Assembly: GCA_964514975.1 (NCBI GenBank)
Contig: CAZESS010000019.1
Span: 1 to 47,061, forward strand
Origin: an uncultured Thermoplasmatales archaeon
GTDB lineage: Archaea > Thermoplasmatota > E2 > UBA202 > DSCA01
DNA: 47,061 nucleotides
Reading direction: 5' to 3'
Shown in pieces: positions 7,582-17,600 of this stretch (position 1 is the stretch's first letter; each line of letters begins with the position of its first letter). The notes beneath the pieces were generated by a model. The model had not been told where the DNA came from. It saw only the letters and a program-made list of their open reading frames with translations, and made no database searches. The position numbers and the translations under genes are program-made.

Positions 7582-10245
7582 CTAGTCCCAGAACTCTCTC
7601 GTCCGGCTGTAGGTTATCTCGGCCTGGAGGATTTCTTTCAGCAGCGCGTTGCCCTCGAGCTGTTTGCCCAGGATGCGCGCCGCGGTCCGGGGGCCGACGC
7701 CGTAGCCAGCAAGCACCAGCAGCGCCCGTCTGCCGTATTCGGCGACCAGCGAGGCGCTTTTCACCAGCTCGTCCTGCCGCCGGCTGTCGAGGCTGCCCCG
7801 GGCTATTGCGATCATCTGGCTGTCGCATCGGGGGCATTGCAGCTTTGCACGCCTGACGGTGCTGTGCCATTCGTGGCCGCAGTTCATGCAGCGCAGGGTT
7901 ATCCGTGCCTTTGTCAGCCGCTGTTTGAGCGAGCGGAGCACCGCTGCGTCGACGTCGCCGGGCCGGAGGATTTCGCCCCGCGGTGATTCGCCCTTGAGGG
8001 ACATCGGGGAGACATGCTGTATCTGCACTTTGAGCGTGCCGTCGTGGAGCTCCCGGAGCGCCTGCACCGCGTGTTCGATGTCCATTTTTTCCCATATCAC
8101 CCTGTCGATGACCTCCTCCATGAGCGGCATCCCGGAGAACACGTCCATGAGCGTGTCGGTCGACAGCAGGTAGGGGTCGACGTCCTTGCTGAGCACCCCG
8201 AACTTCCGGGAGACCTTGATGAGCTCCCAGCGGATGAAGGAGCTCCTCCGGAGGATGACCCGGAGCAATGCCTCGAGGTTGTCCGGCTCGATGGATTCAA
8301 GTACCTCCCGGACGAGCGATGCGGGTATGGGCCGGGCGATGCGCAGGTAGATGCGGTAGCTGTCGCTGTCCATGCCCACGTTTTGTCCGAGGCGCTGAGC
8401 GAGCAGCGACGCCAGGATGCGGCCGATGGTTTCATTGGTCCGGGTGCCATAATGCGTGGATAGGTAGACGGTTTCCTCGCCGACCTCGATGGTGAGCAGC
8501 CGGTCGGTTGGCACCGCGAAGCCCTCCTGCTGCTGCCGGCTGACCTGTTCCATGATAACTGACTCGGCGTTGCCCTCGCTGGCTTTCCGGCGCATTTTTC
8601 CGACGGCTCTGGCGACATCGAAGGGGACGGGTATCTCCTCGCCGGCCCAGTCCGGGGTCATGCTCGTCCGCCCGGCGGGTGCCACCTTGAGTGTTTCGCC
8701 TCGTTCGACGACCTGCCAGGTCCGCCCCCGCATGATGAACCGCGCTCCTGGCTCGCAGTAGTCGACGACGAAGCTTTCGTCGAGCGTGCCGATTTGTTTG
8801 TTGCTGGACATGTCGACGACGTCGACGTTTTTTTCGTCGGGTATCATCGAGATGTTGTCGAGAAAGTACTGCCGGGATTTCCGCTTGCGGTTGACGCTGC
8901 TGCCGTCGTACCACAGGATGCGCTGCTGGTGGAGCTGCCGGAGCACCGCCTCGAACGTCTCCCGTGATAGCTCATGGAAGGGGGTGGCGCCCTGCACCAG
9001 GCTATACATGGTGTCGCTTTCGATGGTGCGGTATTCCATGGCGATGGAGATAATCTGGTTGGCGAGCACCGCCAGCGGCCTGCGGCGGATGCGGGTTGGC
9101 TCCAGGTTGCCCTGCATCGTCCGCTCGGCGATGACCCTGGCTTCGGCGTAGTCCTCCGGCGTCGTGGCGATGATGGCGCCGCGGGCCGTCGCGCCCGCAC
9201 GATGCTCGCTCCGCCCGATGCGCTGTATCAGCCGGGTGACCTGCCGGGGGGAGTTGAACTGGATGACGTAGTCGGTGCGCCCGACGTCGATGCCGAGCTC
9301 CAGCGAGGAGGTGCAGATGAGCGCCTTTATGTCGCCGTTTTTGAAGGCGTCCTCGGCGGCGATGCGGGTGTCCTTGGACAGGGAGCCATGGTGCACCTCT
9401 ATTGATGCGCCTGCCTCGTGTAGATGAGCGCCGAGCAGCTCGGCGGTGTCCCTGGTGTTGACGAACAGCAGGACCGACACGTGCTCGTCGAGCATGTGCT
9501 GGATAACGCGGAGCATCGCCGCCATCTGGGGGTCGACGCCGAGCTTTGCCGCCGTCTGGTTGTCCGCGTTGGATGCCTCGGGGAGCACGACTTCGATGTC
9601 CATGTCCTTGCCGCTCGACGTCTCGATGATGTCGACGGGACGGCCGCCGCCCAGAAACAGTGCGACCTCGTCCGGGGAGCCCACGGTCGCTGACAGCCCG
9701 ACGCGCTGCACCGGCCCGGCGATGGCCTCGATGCGTTCCAGTGCCACGGCGAGTTGCGCTCCCCGTTCGCTGCTCGCCAGCTCGTGTACCTCGTCGACGA
9801 CCACGTAGCGGACGTCCTCCAGGCTTTTGCGGAGCCGTGAGCCGGTGAACAGTATCTGGACGGTTTCCGGCGTCGTGATGAGCATGTCCGGCGGATGATG
9901 TGACTGCCGCCGTCGTTCCTTCCGGGTGGTGTCGCCGTGGCGGACGGCGATGTCGATATCAAGCTGTTCGCCCCATGACATGGTCCGGCGGAGCATGTCC
10001 CGGTTGAGCGCCCGCAATGGCGTGATATAGAGCAGGCTGACGCCTTCCGCCGTTCCCTCGTTGAGCATTCGCTGGAAAAGCGGTATGAGCGCCGCCTCGG
10101 TTTTGCCCATCCCGGTCGGTGCGATGACCAGGCAGCTGCCGCCATTGAGCAGCGGCTGGAGCGCCCGGCGCTGTGGCTCGGTCAGCTCTTTGATGCTCTC
10201 GCGGTGCATGACCTCCTGGAGCCGGGGATGCAGCCTGTCTTTCAT
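7582..10245 (-). CDS. lhr: Lhr-family SF2 helicase with C-terminal Zn ribbon
   Basis: APTGMGKT, TPLRAL, DEVH, SAT, HHGSLS, SSLELGIDVG, QRIGRSEH; CMNC/CPRC; start overlaps the DUF1614 stop (ATGA). Confidence 0.93.
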   Translation of the reverse strand: MKDRLHPRLQEVMHRESIKELTEPQRRALQPLLNGGSCLVIAPTGMGKTEAALIPLFQRMLNEGTAEGVSLLYITPLRALNRDMLRRTMSWGEQLDIDIAVRHGDTTRKERRRQSHHPPDMLITTPETVQILFTGSRLRKSLEDVRYVVVDEVHELASSERGAQLAVALERIEAIAGPVQRVGLSATVGSPDEVALFLGGGRPVDIIETSSGKDMDIEVVLPEASNADNQTAAKLGVDPQMAAMLRVIQHMLDEHVSVLLFVNTRDTAELLGAHLHEAGASIEVHHGSLSKDTRIAAEDAFKNGDIKALICTSSLELGIDVGRTDYVIQFNSPRQVTRLIQRIGRSEHRAGATARGAIIATTPEDYAEARVIAERTMQGNLEPTRIRRRPLAVLANQIISIAMEYRTIESDTMYSLVQGATPFHELSRETFEAVLRQLHQQRILWYDGSSVNRKRKSRQYFLDNISMIPDEKNVDVVDMSSNKQIGTLDESFVVDYCEPGARFIMRGRTWQVVERGETLKVAPAGRTSMTPDWAGEEIPVPFDVARAVGKMRRKASEGNAESVIMEQVSRQQQEGFAVPTDRLLTIEVGEETVYLSTHYGTRTNETIGRILASLLAQRLGQNVGMDSDSYRIYLRIARPIPASLVREVLESIEPDNLEALLRVILRRSSFIRWELIKVSRKFGVLSKDVDPYLLSTDTLMDVFSGMPLMEEVIDRVIWEKMDIEHAVQALRELHDGTLKVQIQHVSPMSLKGESPRGEILRPGDVDAAVLRSLKQRLTKARITLRCMNCGHEWHSTVRRAKLQCPRCDSQMIAIARGSLDSRRQDELVKSASLVAEYGRRALLVLAGYGVGPRTAARILGKQLEGNALLKEILQAEITYSRTREFWD

Positions 10246-10925
10246 AGTATCGCGACCAGCACGACGGAGAGGATGCCGGTGAGAAAGATGCCGTCGAACG
10301 TGCCTGCGCCGCCGATTGATGCAGCATGTGCGCCGATGTCCGCCAGCCTTGGCAGGTTCAGCAGGTCGGCGCCGACGAGCACCCCGAGGACGCCGGAGAC
10401 GAACGCGATGACGGCTGCCTCCCCGGCCGGGGCGATGAGCAGCGCCAGCAGCGACGCCAGCACTGGCGGGATGAGCGCGGGCATCGCGATACCGGTGCCC
10501 CTGACGGGGCGGGCGAGCTTGTAGCATACGAGGGAGACGACGATGGTGGCGGCCAGCACGTGGGGATACAGCACGGCGGGCAGCCGGGTGAGCAGGTACA
10601 GGGAGATGCCGATGGGGATGACCGCGCCGCCCAGGTTGAGGTTGATGGTGGTCGTTCCTTCCTCGACATGTTTCACCGGGCGGAAGGGAAACTGCGAGGT
10701 GTCATGGGAGACATGTTCCTGCTGTCCCTCCACCGTCCACACCGGCACGTTTATGAAGCTGCCGAGGAGCACCCCGACGAGCAGCAGGACGGCGGCCCAG
10801 GATGGAAACCCGAGCACCTGGAACACCTCGCCGATGGCGCCCACGAACAGCATGACCAGCAGCATGATTAGCAGGGGCAGCGCCAGGAAGAAAAACAACG
10901 TGCCGGAGGGCGCCCGGAAATGCAT
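10242..10925 (-). CDS. DUF1614 family membrane protein
   Basis: GSFINVP, NLGGAVIP, GADLLNL, SIGGAGTFDGIFLTGI; multiple hydrophobic helices. Confidence 0.9.
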   Translation of the reverse strand: MHFRAPSGTLFFFLALPLLIMLLVMLFVGAIGEVFQVLGFPSWAAVLLLVGVLLGSFINVPVWTVEGQQEHVSHDTSQFPFRPVKHVEEGTTTINLNLGGAVIPIGISLYLLTRLPAVLYPHVLAATIVVSLVCYKLARPVRGTGIAMPALIPPVLASLLALLIAPAGEAAVIAFVSGVLGVLVGADLLNLPRLADIGAHAASIGGAGTFDGIFLTGILSVVLVAIL

Positions 10926-10974
10926 GAAGAGGCTAACTGAACGGTTATTTAATAATTTTGGCGACGCGCTGCTT

Positions 10975-12579
10975 TCATGACAGATGCTCGATGATGTACC
11001 GGTGCACCTGGTCGTTGACCGCTATCTGTGAGATGTGGTCGGCGGTGCCGGATGGCCATGCCGTCCCGTTCACGATGTACAGCGGGCACCCCTCCAGGTA
11101 GGGGCTCTCGGTGGGAACGAGCCCGTCCGTGGTGTGGTTCACGCCGTCACCGTCGAAGTCCTTCGGTGCCCCGATGGTGAACCCGATGTCGGTGCCAACC
11201 GGATGGTAGTCCACGATGCCGCATCCACGGTAGCCCATTGCGGACAAAAACTTGGAATGATAGACCATGTCCTGCGTCTGGGAGGCCCACCAGGGAATCG
11301 GCAGATAGCTCAGCATGTCGAGCAGCCGGTCGTCGATGTTGGGCGGCACGCCGTGGTTCGGCGTGCCAACCATGACGAGGTCGTCTATCTGCCGGCCGCC
11401 GATAACGATGTCGCTGTCTCCGTCGCCGTGCCATGGCGTTCCCGGCATGCCCGGCTGCCAGGAATTGTTCCAGAAGTCGACGTCGGCATTGGGATGCTCC
11501 GCCATGAACCGGGCGACGAGGCCGCCCATGCTGTGCGCTACCACGTCGATCGTCTGGTCGGGGCTGTAGCCGTTCATGACCAGCGCATGCCGGATGGCGT
11601 CGCTGACCCTGGCCGCGATCCATGGAATATGATGGTCGGCCCAGCCCGGTGAATAGCGTAGATACTGGACGCCCGGCTGGCTGGTGTCAAAGTCGAGGAC
11701 GGTGTAGCCCTGGTGCTGCAGCTTCTGTGTCAGGTTCCACCATGTATGGTTGAGGATGCCCCCGGTCACCGAGCCGCCCCATCCGTGGATGAGCACCACG
11801 GGAAACGTGCCCGGCGTTTCAGGTCGTACATCGACCGTGACAGTGCAGTCGCATCCCTGGTATTCAGTGTCGCCGCTCAGGTTTTCGGGCATCTGCGCCC
11901 AGCAGAGCACCTCCATGGTCTCGTTGACATCTGACAGGAAAAACGGTGCCGTGGCCTTGCCGCCGCTGTCGGTGACCGCGGTGACGGTGTCCAGGGGCTG
12001 CAGCTCGCTGCCCCGCTGGTCGAAAAAGGTCCAGGTCAATGGCTGCCCTGCCAAAGGGCGCCATCCCTCGTGGTTGCGGACGCGGAGCGTGGACGTGAGC
12101 ATCATGGTTTCCCCCGCCGTCATGGTGGTGCGCTCGGCGTGCGCCGTCAGCGCTGTCTCATGCAGGACGGGCGTGATGACGCCCTGCGCCCGGGCGGTGT
12201 AGGTCCGCCCTCGCCATGTCGCGCTCGCCCGGACGGTCACCATGTGTCTGCGGACGTCGACATCAGCCGGTGCCTCATAGGATGCGGTGAGCATGCCCGA
12301 CGTGTTGGTTTCCGCTGCCTCGCAGTGGATCGCGCCCGTTCCCCCCGTGGCGGATATGTTCCAGGAGACCCCGGCGGATATCGGTATGTCGCCCTCGGTT
12401 AAGGACAGCGACAGCGTGATGGTGTCGCCCTCGCCGAGCGTGAACGTGTCCGGGGAGAGCGCGAGCGAGCATGCGATCTCGCCGTCGCCCTCGGATGGCT
12501 CCCAGTTGTAGGCGAGAACCGAGGTGACGAGTGCCAGGATGACGAGTACGAGCAGCAGCACCTTCTGTTTGCCGTCCAT
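10975..12579 (-). CDS. Membrane-anchored/secreted alpha/beta hydrolase (lipase-like) with N-terminal Ig-like region
   Basis: N-terminal hydrophobic anchor, PVVLIHGWGG, AHSMGG nucleophile elbow, GTPNHG, DGLVP, C-terminal His; AT-rich TATA-like box at ~12601-12615. Confidence 0.85.
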   Translation of the reverse strand: MDGKQKVLLLVLVILALVTSVLAYNWEPSEGDGEIACSLALSPDTFTLGEGDTITLSLSLTEGDIPISAGVSWNISATGGTGAIHCEAAETNTSGMLTASYEAPADVDVRRHMVTVRASATWRGRTYTARAQGVITPVLHETALTAHAERTTMTAGETMMLTSTLRVRNHEGWRPLAGQPLTWTFFDQRGSELQPLDTVTAVTDSGGKATAPFFLSDVNETMEVLCWAQMPENLSGDTEYQGCDCTVTVDVRPETPGTFPVVLIHGWGGSVTGGILNHTWWNLTQKLQHQGYTVLDFDTSQPGVQYLRYSPGWADHHIPWIAARVSDAIRHALVMNGYSPDQTIDVVAHSMGGLVARFMAEHPNADVDFWNNSWQPGMPGTPWHGDGDSDIVIGGRQIDDLVMVGTPNHGVPPNIDDRLLDMLSYLPIPWWASQTQDMVYHSKFLSAMGYRGCGIVDYHPVGTDIGFTIGAPKDFDGDGVNHTTDGLVPTESPYLEGCPLYIVNGTAWPSGTADHISQIAVNDQVHRYIIEHLS

Positions 12580-12641
12580 TATGACTGACAACATCCCCGT
12601 TTTTAATATATATTTCCGTTCATTCGTCGAAGAAAGACGGG

Positions 12642-13742
12642 TTACAGCGCAACGTAGACGTCCACGACGTCCCGTGAGATGTTTCCCGTGTCGCTGTACG
12701 CGAGCACCTCCACGGTGTGCCGTCCGGGGGGCACGTTCAGCCGCCACGTAAATGGCGGGGTGCTGTCCGTGTACCGGGGCATCCCGTCCAGGTAGAACTC
12801 GACGCGCTCCGTGTTGCTCGCGTCGACCTGCACGGTTGCATGGCCGAACACCCGGGGCATCCCTATCTGCAGCACCGCCCGTCCGAACAGGCTTGGTATC
12901 TCGTGGCCGAGGATGTAGCTGTGGTAGCGCCGCGGCCGCTCGATGTACACCCGGGGGACGTCGGGCTTGAAATTGCCGTATACGTGGTCGATGTACAGGA
13001 TGCCGGTGCCGCCGTAGCAGCCCGGGATGAACATGTCCATGTCGTAGCCCATCCAGAACCAGCCGTTGTCACCCCAGTTTTTTCCCCAGCTGTTTTTGAC
13101 CAGCCAGGCCTGCCGGTCGTCGTCATATCCCATCAGGGTGACCAGGTGGCCGCCCTCGAGCCCTCCCCATGTATGTCGGTAGACGCCGCCGCTGTAGTAC
13201 ATGAAATCCTTGTACACCCAGATGCAGATGGTCAACGGGCCGTGCTCGATGAGCGCCTCCTTGATAGCTGTATCGTCCCGGGGGACCCATCCCCATTCCC
13301 TGATTTTCACGGTCCGGTTCCGCCAGCCGGGCAATGTGTCGTTGCAGGGCTGGTCGCCACGCCGATGCGGGTCGGGATAGCATCCCTCGTCTGGGACGCC
13401 GTGCTCGACGAGATACTGCGCGGCATGCCTCACGTTGACCCCCCATTCGCAGGTGCCGCCCGCGCAGAAAAACAGGTGCATCTCGGACAGGTCGGGGTTG
13501 AAGCGTTCCCGGAGTTGATATTGCATCATGGTTTCCATCGCCGCGCACAACGCGTAGGCCTCGCAGCTCGGGCAGGGCTCCTGGTTTTTCACATCCGTCG
13601 TGTAGTCGACGCCGTCAATGTTCCGCCAGCTGAACATGTCGGGCAGCCCCGCCCCGGGTGAGGCGTCGGACGTCTGGACAGCGGACATGCTGCCTGACAG
13701 GAAAAACAATGCGACGATAAGCAGCGCGAGCGCCCGTTTCAT
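12642..13742 (-). CDS. Secreted C1A (papain-like) cysteine peptidase with C-terminal Ig-like domain
   Basis: Signal peptide, LPDMFSWR, KNQEPCPSCEAYA, DLSE, GGHLVTLMGY, WLVKNSWG. Confidence 0.92.
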   Translation of the reverse strand: MKRALALLIVALFFLSGSMSAVQTSDASPGAGLPDMFSWRNIDGVDYTTDVKNQEPCPSCEAYALCAAMETMMQYQLRERFNPDLSEMHLFFCAGGTCEWGVNVRHAAQYLVEHGVPDEGCYPDPHRRGDQPCNDTLPGWRNRTVKIREWGWVPRDDTAIKEALIEHGPLTICIWVYKDFMYYSGGVYRHTWGGLEGGHLVTLMGYDDDRQAWLVKNSWGKNWGDNGWFWMGYDMDMFIPGCYGGTGILYIDHVYGNFKPDVPRVYIERPRRYHSYILGHEIPSLFGRAVLQIGMPRVFGHATVQVDASNTERVEFYLDGMPRYTDSTPPFTWRLNVPPGRHTVEVLAYSDTGNISRDVVDVYVAL

Positions 13743-13830
13743 AGGGGAAAACGCACCACGGCTTTTAATCTTTCTGTCCATGCACGCAAGGCTTTTATCA
13801 CCTGTTCCGTTGATACCCTGGAGGCACATC

Positions 13831-14208
13831 ATGGCACATCGTCTCACCGTTTTGCAGGTCAACGACAGCCACGCCTATCTCAGGCCGCACATGGAGCTGT
13901 TCCGCGGACATGGCACCGTTATCTACCGGCAGATGGGCGGCTACGTGAAGCGATGCCTGGGTCTCACCGCCTATGTCAAGGTTGAAAACCCGCCCGGGTA
14001 TCGCATCGAGGAGCTATTCGTTGACGGTCGCCGCGTCGATGATAAAGAGAGCTACGAGGCCTGTTACATCACCGTGCAGGGCGTCCCGGAGCGCTATGGC
14101 GGCAACCGGCAGGACCTGGACGTCGACGCCGTCGGGGCATTGCGGAACTATCTCGCGGTGTACGACCCGGCCCACGCCGGGCTGCATGGCTCCATCGTGC
14201 CGGTGTAG
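13831..14208 (+). pseudogene. Internally deleted bifunctional metallophosphatase/5'-nucleotidase (SoxB-like) remnant, still in frame
   Basis: GGAGG SD; N-terminal LTVLQVNDSHAYL..H motif fused at MGGY to the family's C-terminal VKRCLGL..KVENP segment; only 125 aa. Confidence 0.65.
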
Positions 14209-14247
14209 TATGCCATTGGTATCGTGGCCGTCTCCTTCATGTGGTGG

Positions 14248-14685
14248 TCATCCGCCGAGCGCGGTGTCCACCATCTCTGCGAACGTTTTGAATGACACGA
14301 CACGGTCGACGACCTTTTCGGCGCCGACGTCGCGGAGACGGTCACCCCAGTCGGTGTCGCTCCAGGCCGTGTACCCCCAGATGACGGCATCGTCGTCGAT
14401 GTCCAGGATCGCTCTGGCGGTTCGGACGCCGTCCATCGTGCTGTCCTCGCCGCGTCGATGGGCGTCCACGATTTCCTGGTCGGCGTTGCTCCCCGACAGG
14501 TTGAGGTCCATGATAACCATGGCGGGCGTGTCGCCGCTTTCCGTGCGCTTTTTATAGATGGCGACGGCGTCTTCCCCGGAGAGCGCCTGTATTGTTTCGA
14601 CCTGTTCGAGGCGCTCGAGGTATGCTCCCAGGATTTCCTGGATGTCGGGCTCGTCGTCGACGACGAGCACATATTTTTTACTCAT
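14248..14685 (-). CDS. Single-domain response regulator (REC)
   Basis: VLVVDDE, MVIMDLNL, MDGV, YTAW; insertion after the phospho-Asp. Confidence 0.88.
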   Translation of the reverse strand: MSKKYVLVVDDEPDIQEILGAYLERLEQVETIQALSGEDAVAIYKKRTESGDTPAMVIMDLNLSGSNADQEIVDAHRRGEDSTMDGVRTARAILDIDDDAVIWGYTAWSDTDWGDRLRDVGAEKVVDRVVSFKTFAEMVDTALGG

Positions 14686-17600
14686 GTATTTCGCCTTTTT
14701 CAACAATGTTTTTGATGACGGTTTCCACCCGCTTGATGGCACGCTGCGCCCTGCTGATTTTTTCCTCGGGTTCCTCCGGTATTTCCTCCACGGCGAGCTC
14801 CATGTAGCCCTTGGCGATGGCGATGGGGTTCAAAAAGAAATGCGCCGCGTCGGCCTTGAACCGCTTCTCCAGGTCCAGCGCCCGTTCCATCTCCGCCAGC
14901 GCCTGCTTGCGTTCCTCTTCCGCCTGTTTTTGCTGCGTGATGTCTCGCACCGCGCCCATGGCAGCCTCCGTTCCATGGTAGGTGATGGCGGTCATCGAGA
15001 ACTCGCAATGACGGATATCGTCGGTTTTGGTCGTTATCCGTGCCTGATAGACATTGGGCGCCTCTTCCCCCCGGACCCATTTGCGGTGGACATCTTTCAC
15101 CATGTCGAGGTCGTCAGGATGGATGATATCCCATACGGGCATGTCTATGAGTTCTTGTTTTGTGTATCCCGTTATATCCGACGCCCGGCTGTTGACGAAC
15201 AAAAACTCGTCGCCGCGGTAGATGAAGATGGCATCGTGGCTGCCCTCGACGATGGCCCGGTATTTCTCCTCGCTTTCCGCCAGCTCCCGCTGCGCCTCCT
15301 TTCGCTGGGTGATGTCCTCGACGATGCCGATGACACGGACGTGGCCCGTTGCCTCGTCTTTTTCCATGATGCCCCCGATGTCCCGGAACCATCTATAGGC
15401 GCCCTCCCGGGTCTTGATGCGGTATTCGACCTCGTAGGTCTCCGTCCTGCCCTGCAGGTGATCTCGCATGGCCTGCATCGCCGCCGGGCGGTCGTCGGGG
15501 TGCAGCAGCTCGGTGAAGTCCTCATAGGTTTCGAAGCGCTCCGGCGCATAGCCGAGCATCTCCGCCTTCCGGTCGTCGAAGATAACCTCGCCGGACGGCA
15601 GTTTCATCTCCCACCAGGCCAGGTTGCCGGCGCGCAGCCCCGCTTCGACGCGTTGCCGGAGCGTCCGCTCGATTTTTTCCCGATGTTTGCGCTCGGTGAT
15701 GTCCCGGGCGATGGAGAGAACGAGCCGCTGGCCGTTCAACGTAAACGTGTGGGAGCTGATTTCGACCGGGATGCGTGAGCCGTTTTTTGCCATGTGCCGC
15801 ATCTCGAACGTGGCGTGTCCCTCCTCCAGCAGCTCCTGCATGATAGCCGGGACGTCCGCCGCCGTTTCACGGTCGTCGATGTCCCGGGGCGACATCTCCA
15901 TGAACTCCTCGGGGGTGTAGCCGAGCATGTCGCAGGCGACGTCGTTCACCTCGATAAAGGTACCCGGTATGCCGTCGTCGGTCAGCGTGTGCAGGAACAT
16001 CGCGTCGTTGGCGTTGTTGAATATCTCCCGGAACTTTTTCTCTCGCTCCTCGAGCTCCTGCTCTGCCTGCTTCCGGGCGGTGACGTCCTGCAGCGTGCCC
16101 CGGAAGCCCGCCACCTCGCCGTCTTCATCTAGCAGCGGCTCGCCCCGGGCCACTACCTTGCGGTTTTTCTCTTTCTCGCGGATGACTTCGAGCTCTATTT
16201 CATATGGCTCCTTTGTCGTCTGCGCTTTTTCGATGGCCTGCTGAAATGTCTCCCACGATTCGGGAGTATAATATTTTTCATGGTTTGCCACGTCCAGTGA
16301 CTCTTCGTTTTTCTCCAGGCCGACAACATTGTACATCTCATCCGAGAGATAGAGGTCTCCCGTTTCAAGGTTCCATCTCCAGTTGCCGATGTTCGCCAGG
16401 CGCTGCGCCTCCATGAGTTCTTTTTCGCTTTCCTTCAGGGCGTCCTCTGCTTCCTTCCGCTGTGTGATGTCCAAAAAGGTCGAGTAGACCTGGTAGGGTT
16501 CATCGCTCTCTTCTTTGAACTGCGGTATCGAGTTGACGATAATCCAGACGTATCCGTTCTTTTCGGGGTTGTATATCCCCTGAACGAAACCTTCGACGGT
16601 TTCCCCGGTTTTAAGGGCAACCATGGCGGGGTGTTGTTCCCCGCGTAGTTCGTTGCCGTCTGCATCAACTGCTTTCCATCGCGGGTCCATGGATGTCTTG
16701 CCCTGCATCTCGTCGAGGGAAAGCCCCAGTATCCGTTCCGCTGCGGGGTTAGCGGAAATAATGTTGCCTTCGGAATCCTGGTAGACGACCCCCTGCTCCA
16801 TGGTTTCAAAGAGCGTCCGATATTTTTCCTCGCTCTTTTTTAGTTTCTCTTCAGCCCGCTTCCGCTGGGTGATGTCCTGCCCGATGCCATACATCAGTTT
16901 TTCCCCTGCGACGGTGAGCGGGACCACGTTGAGCAGCAATGTTTTCACCCGGCCGTTCACGTAGTAATAGGTTTCGAGCGTGCGCGGCTCATCGAAGGGT
17001 GTATGCTCCTTCTTTGCTTCCTCAAGCCGCCATGGAGGGATCCAGTCCCATGCAGTTGTCTCTCTGAATGTTTCCATGTCGCATTCCAGGAAGTCGAGCG
17101 CCGCCCGGTTGGCGTCGACGTGTACACCCTCCATGTTTGCCACCAGTATCGGGTTGGGTGTTTCCTCGAAGAGCGTCCGGAGTTTCAGCTCCCGTTCCTC
17201 GAGCTCCTGCTCTGCCTGCTTTCGCTCCGTGATGTCCCGCGTGGTTCCCTGCAGGCCGACGGGCTTCCCATCCTCATCAACGATGGCTTTGCCGGTTATC
17301 TCGACGGGGATTCTGCTGCCGTTCCTGCAGATAATAGCTGACTCGAATCGTGCGTGGTCTTGCTCCGGCCACTGCTCGAGGTATTCCGCGACGGCCTGTT
17401 GCATCTTTCGGGCTTCCTCGGGCGGCGCGTGCTCGGTCGGCCTGTTGCCAATCCATTCCTCCGGGCTATAGCCTGTCAATTCTTTCAGGGAGGAGCTGAG
17501 GTACGTGAACTGCATGTCCAAATCCATCTTCCAGATGACGTCGATGGCGTTCTCTGCGAGCAGCCGGTATTTTTCTTCGGCCCTCCGGTGTTTTTCCTCG

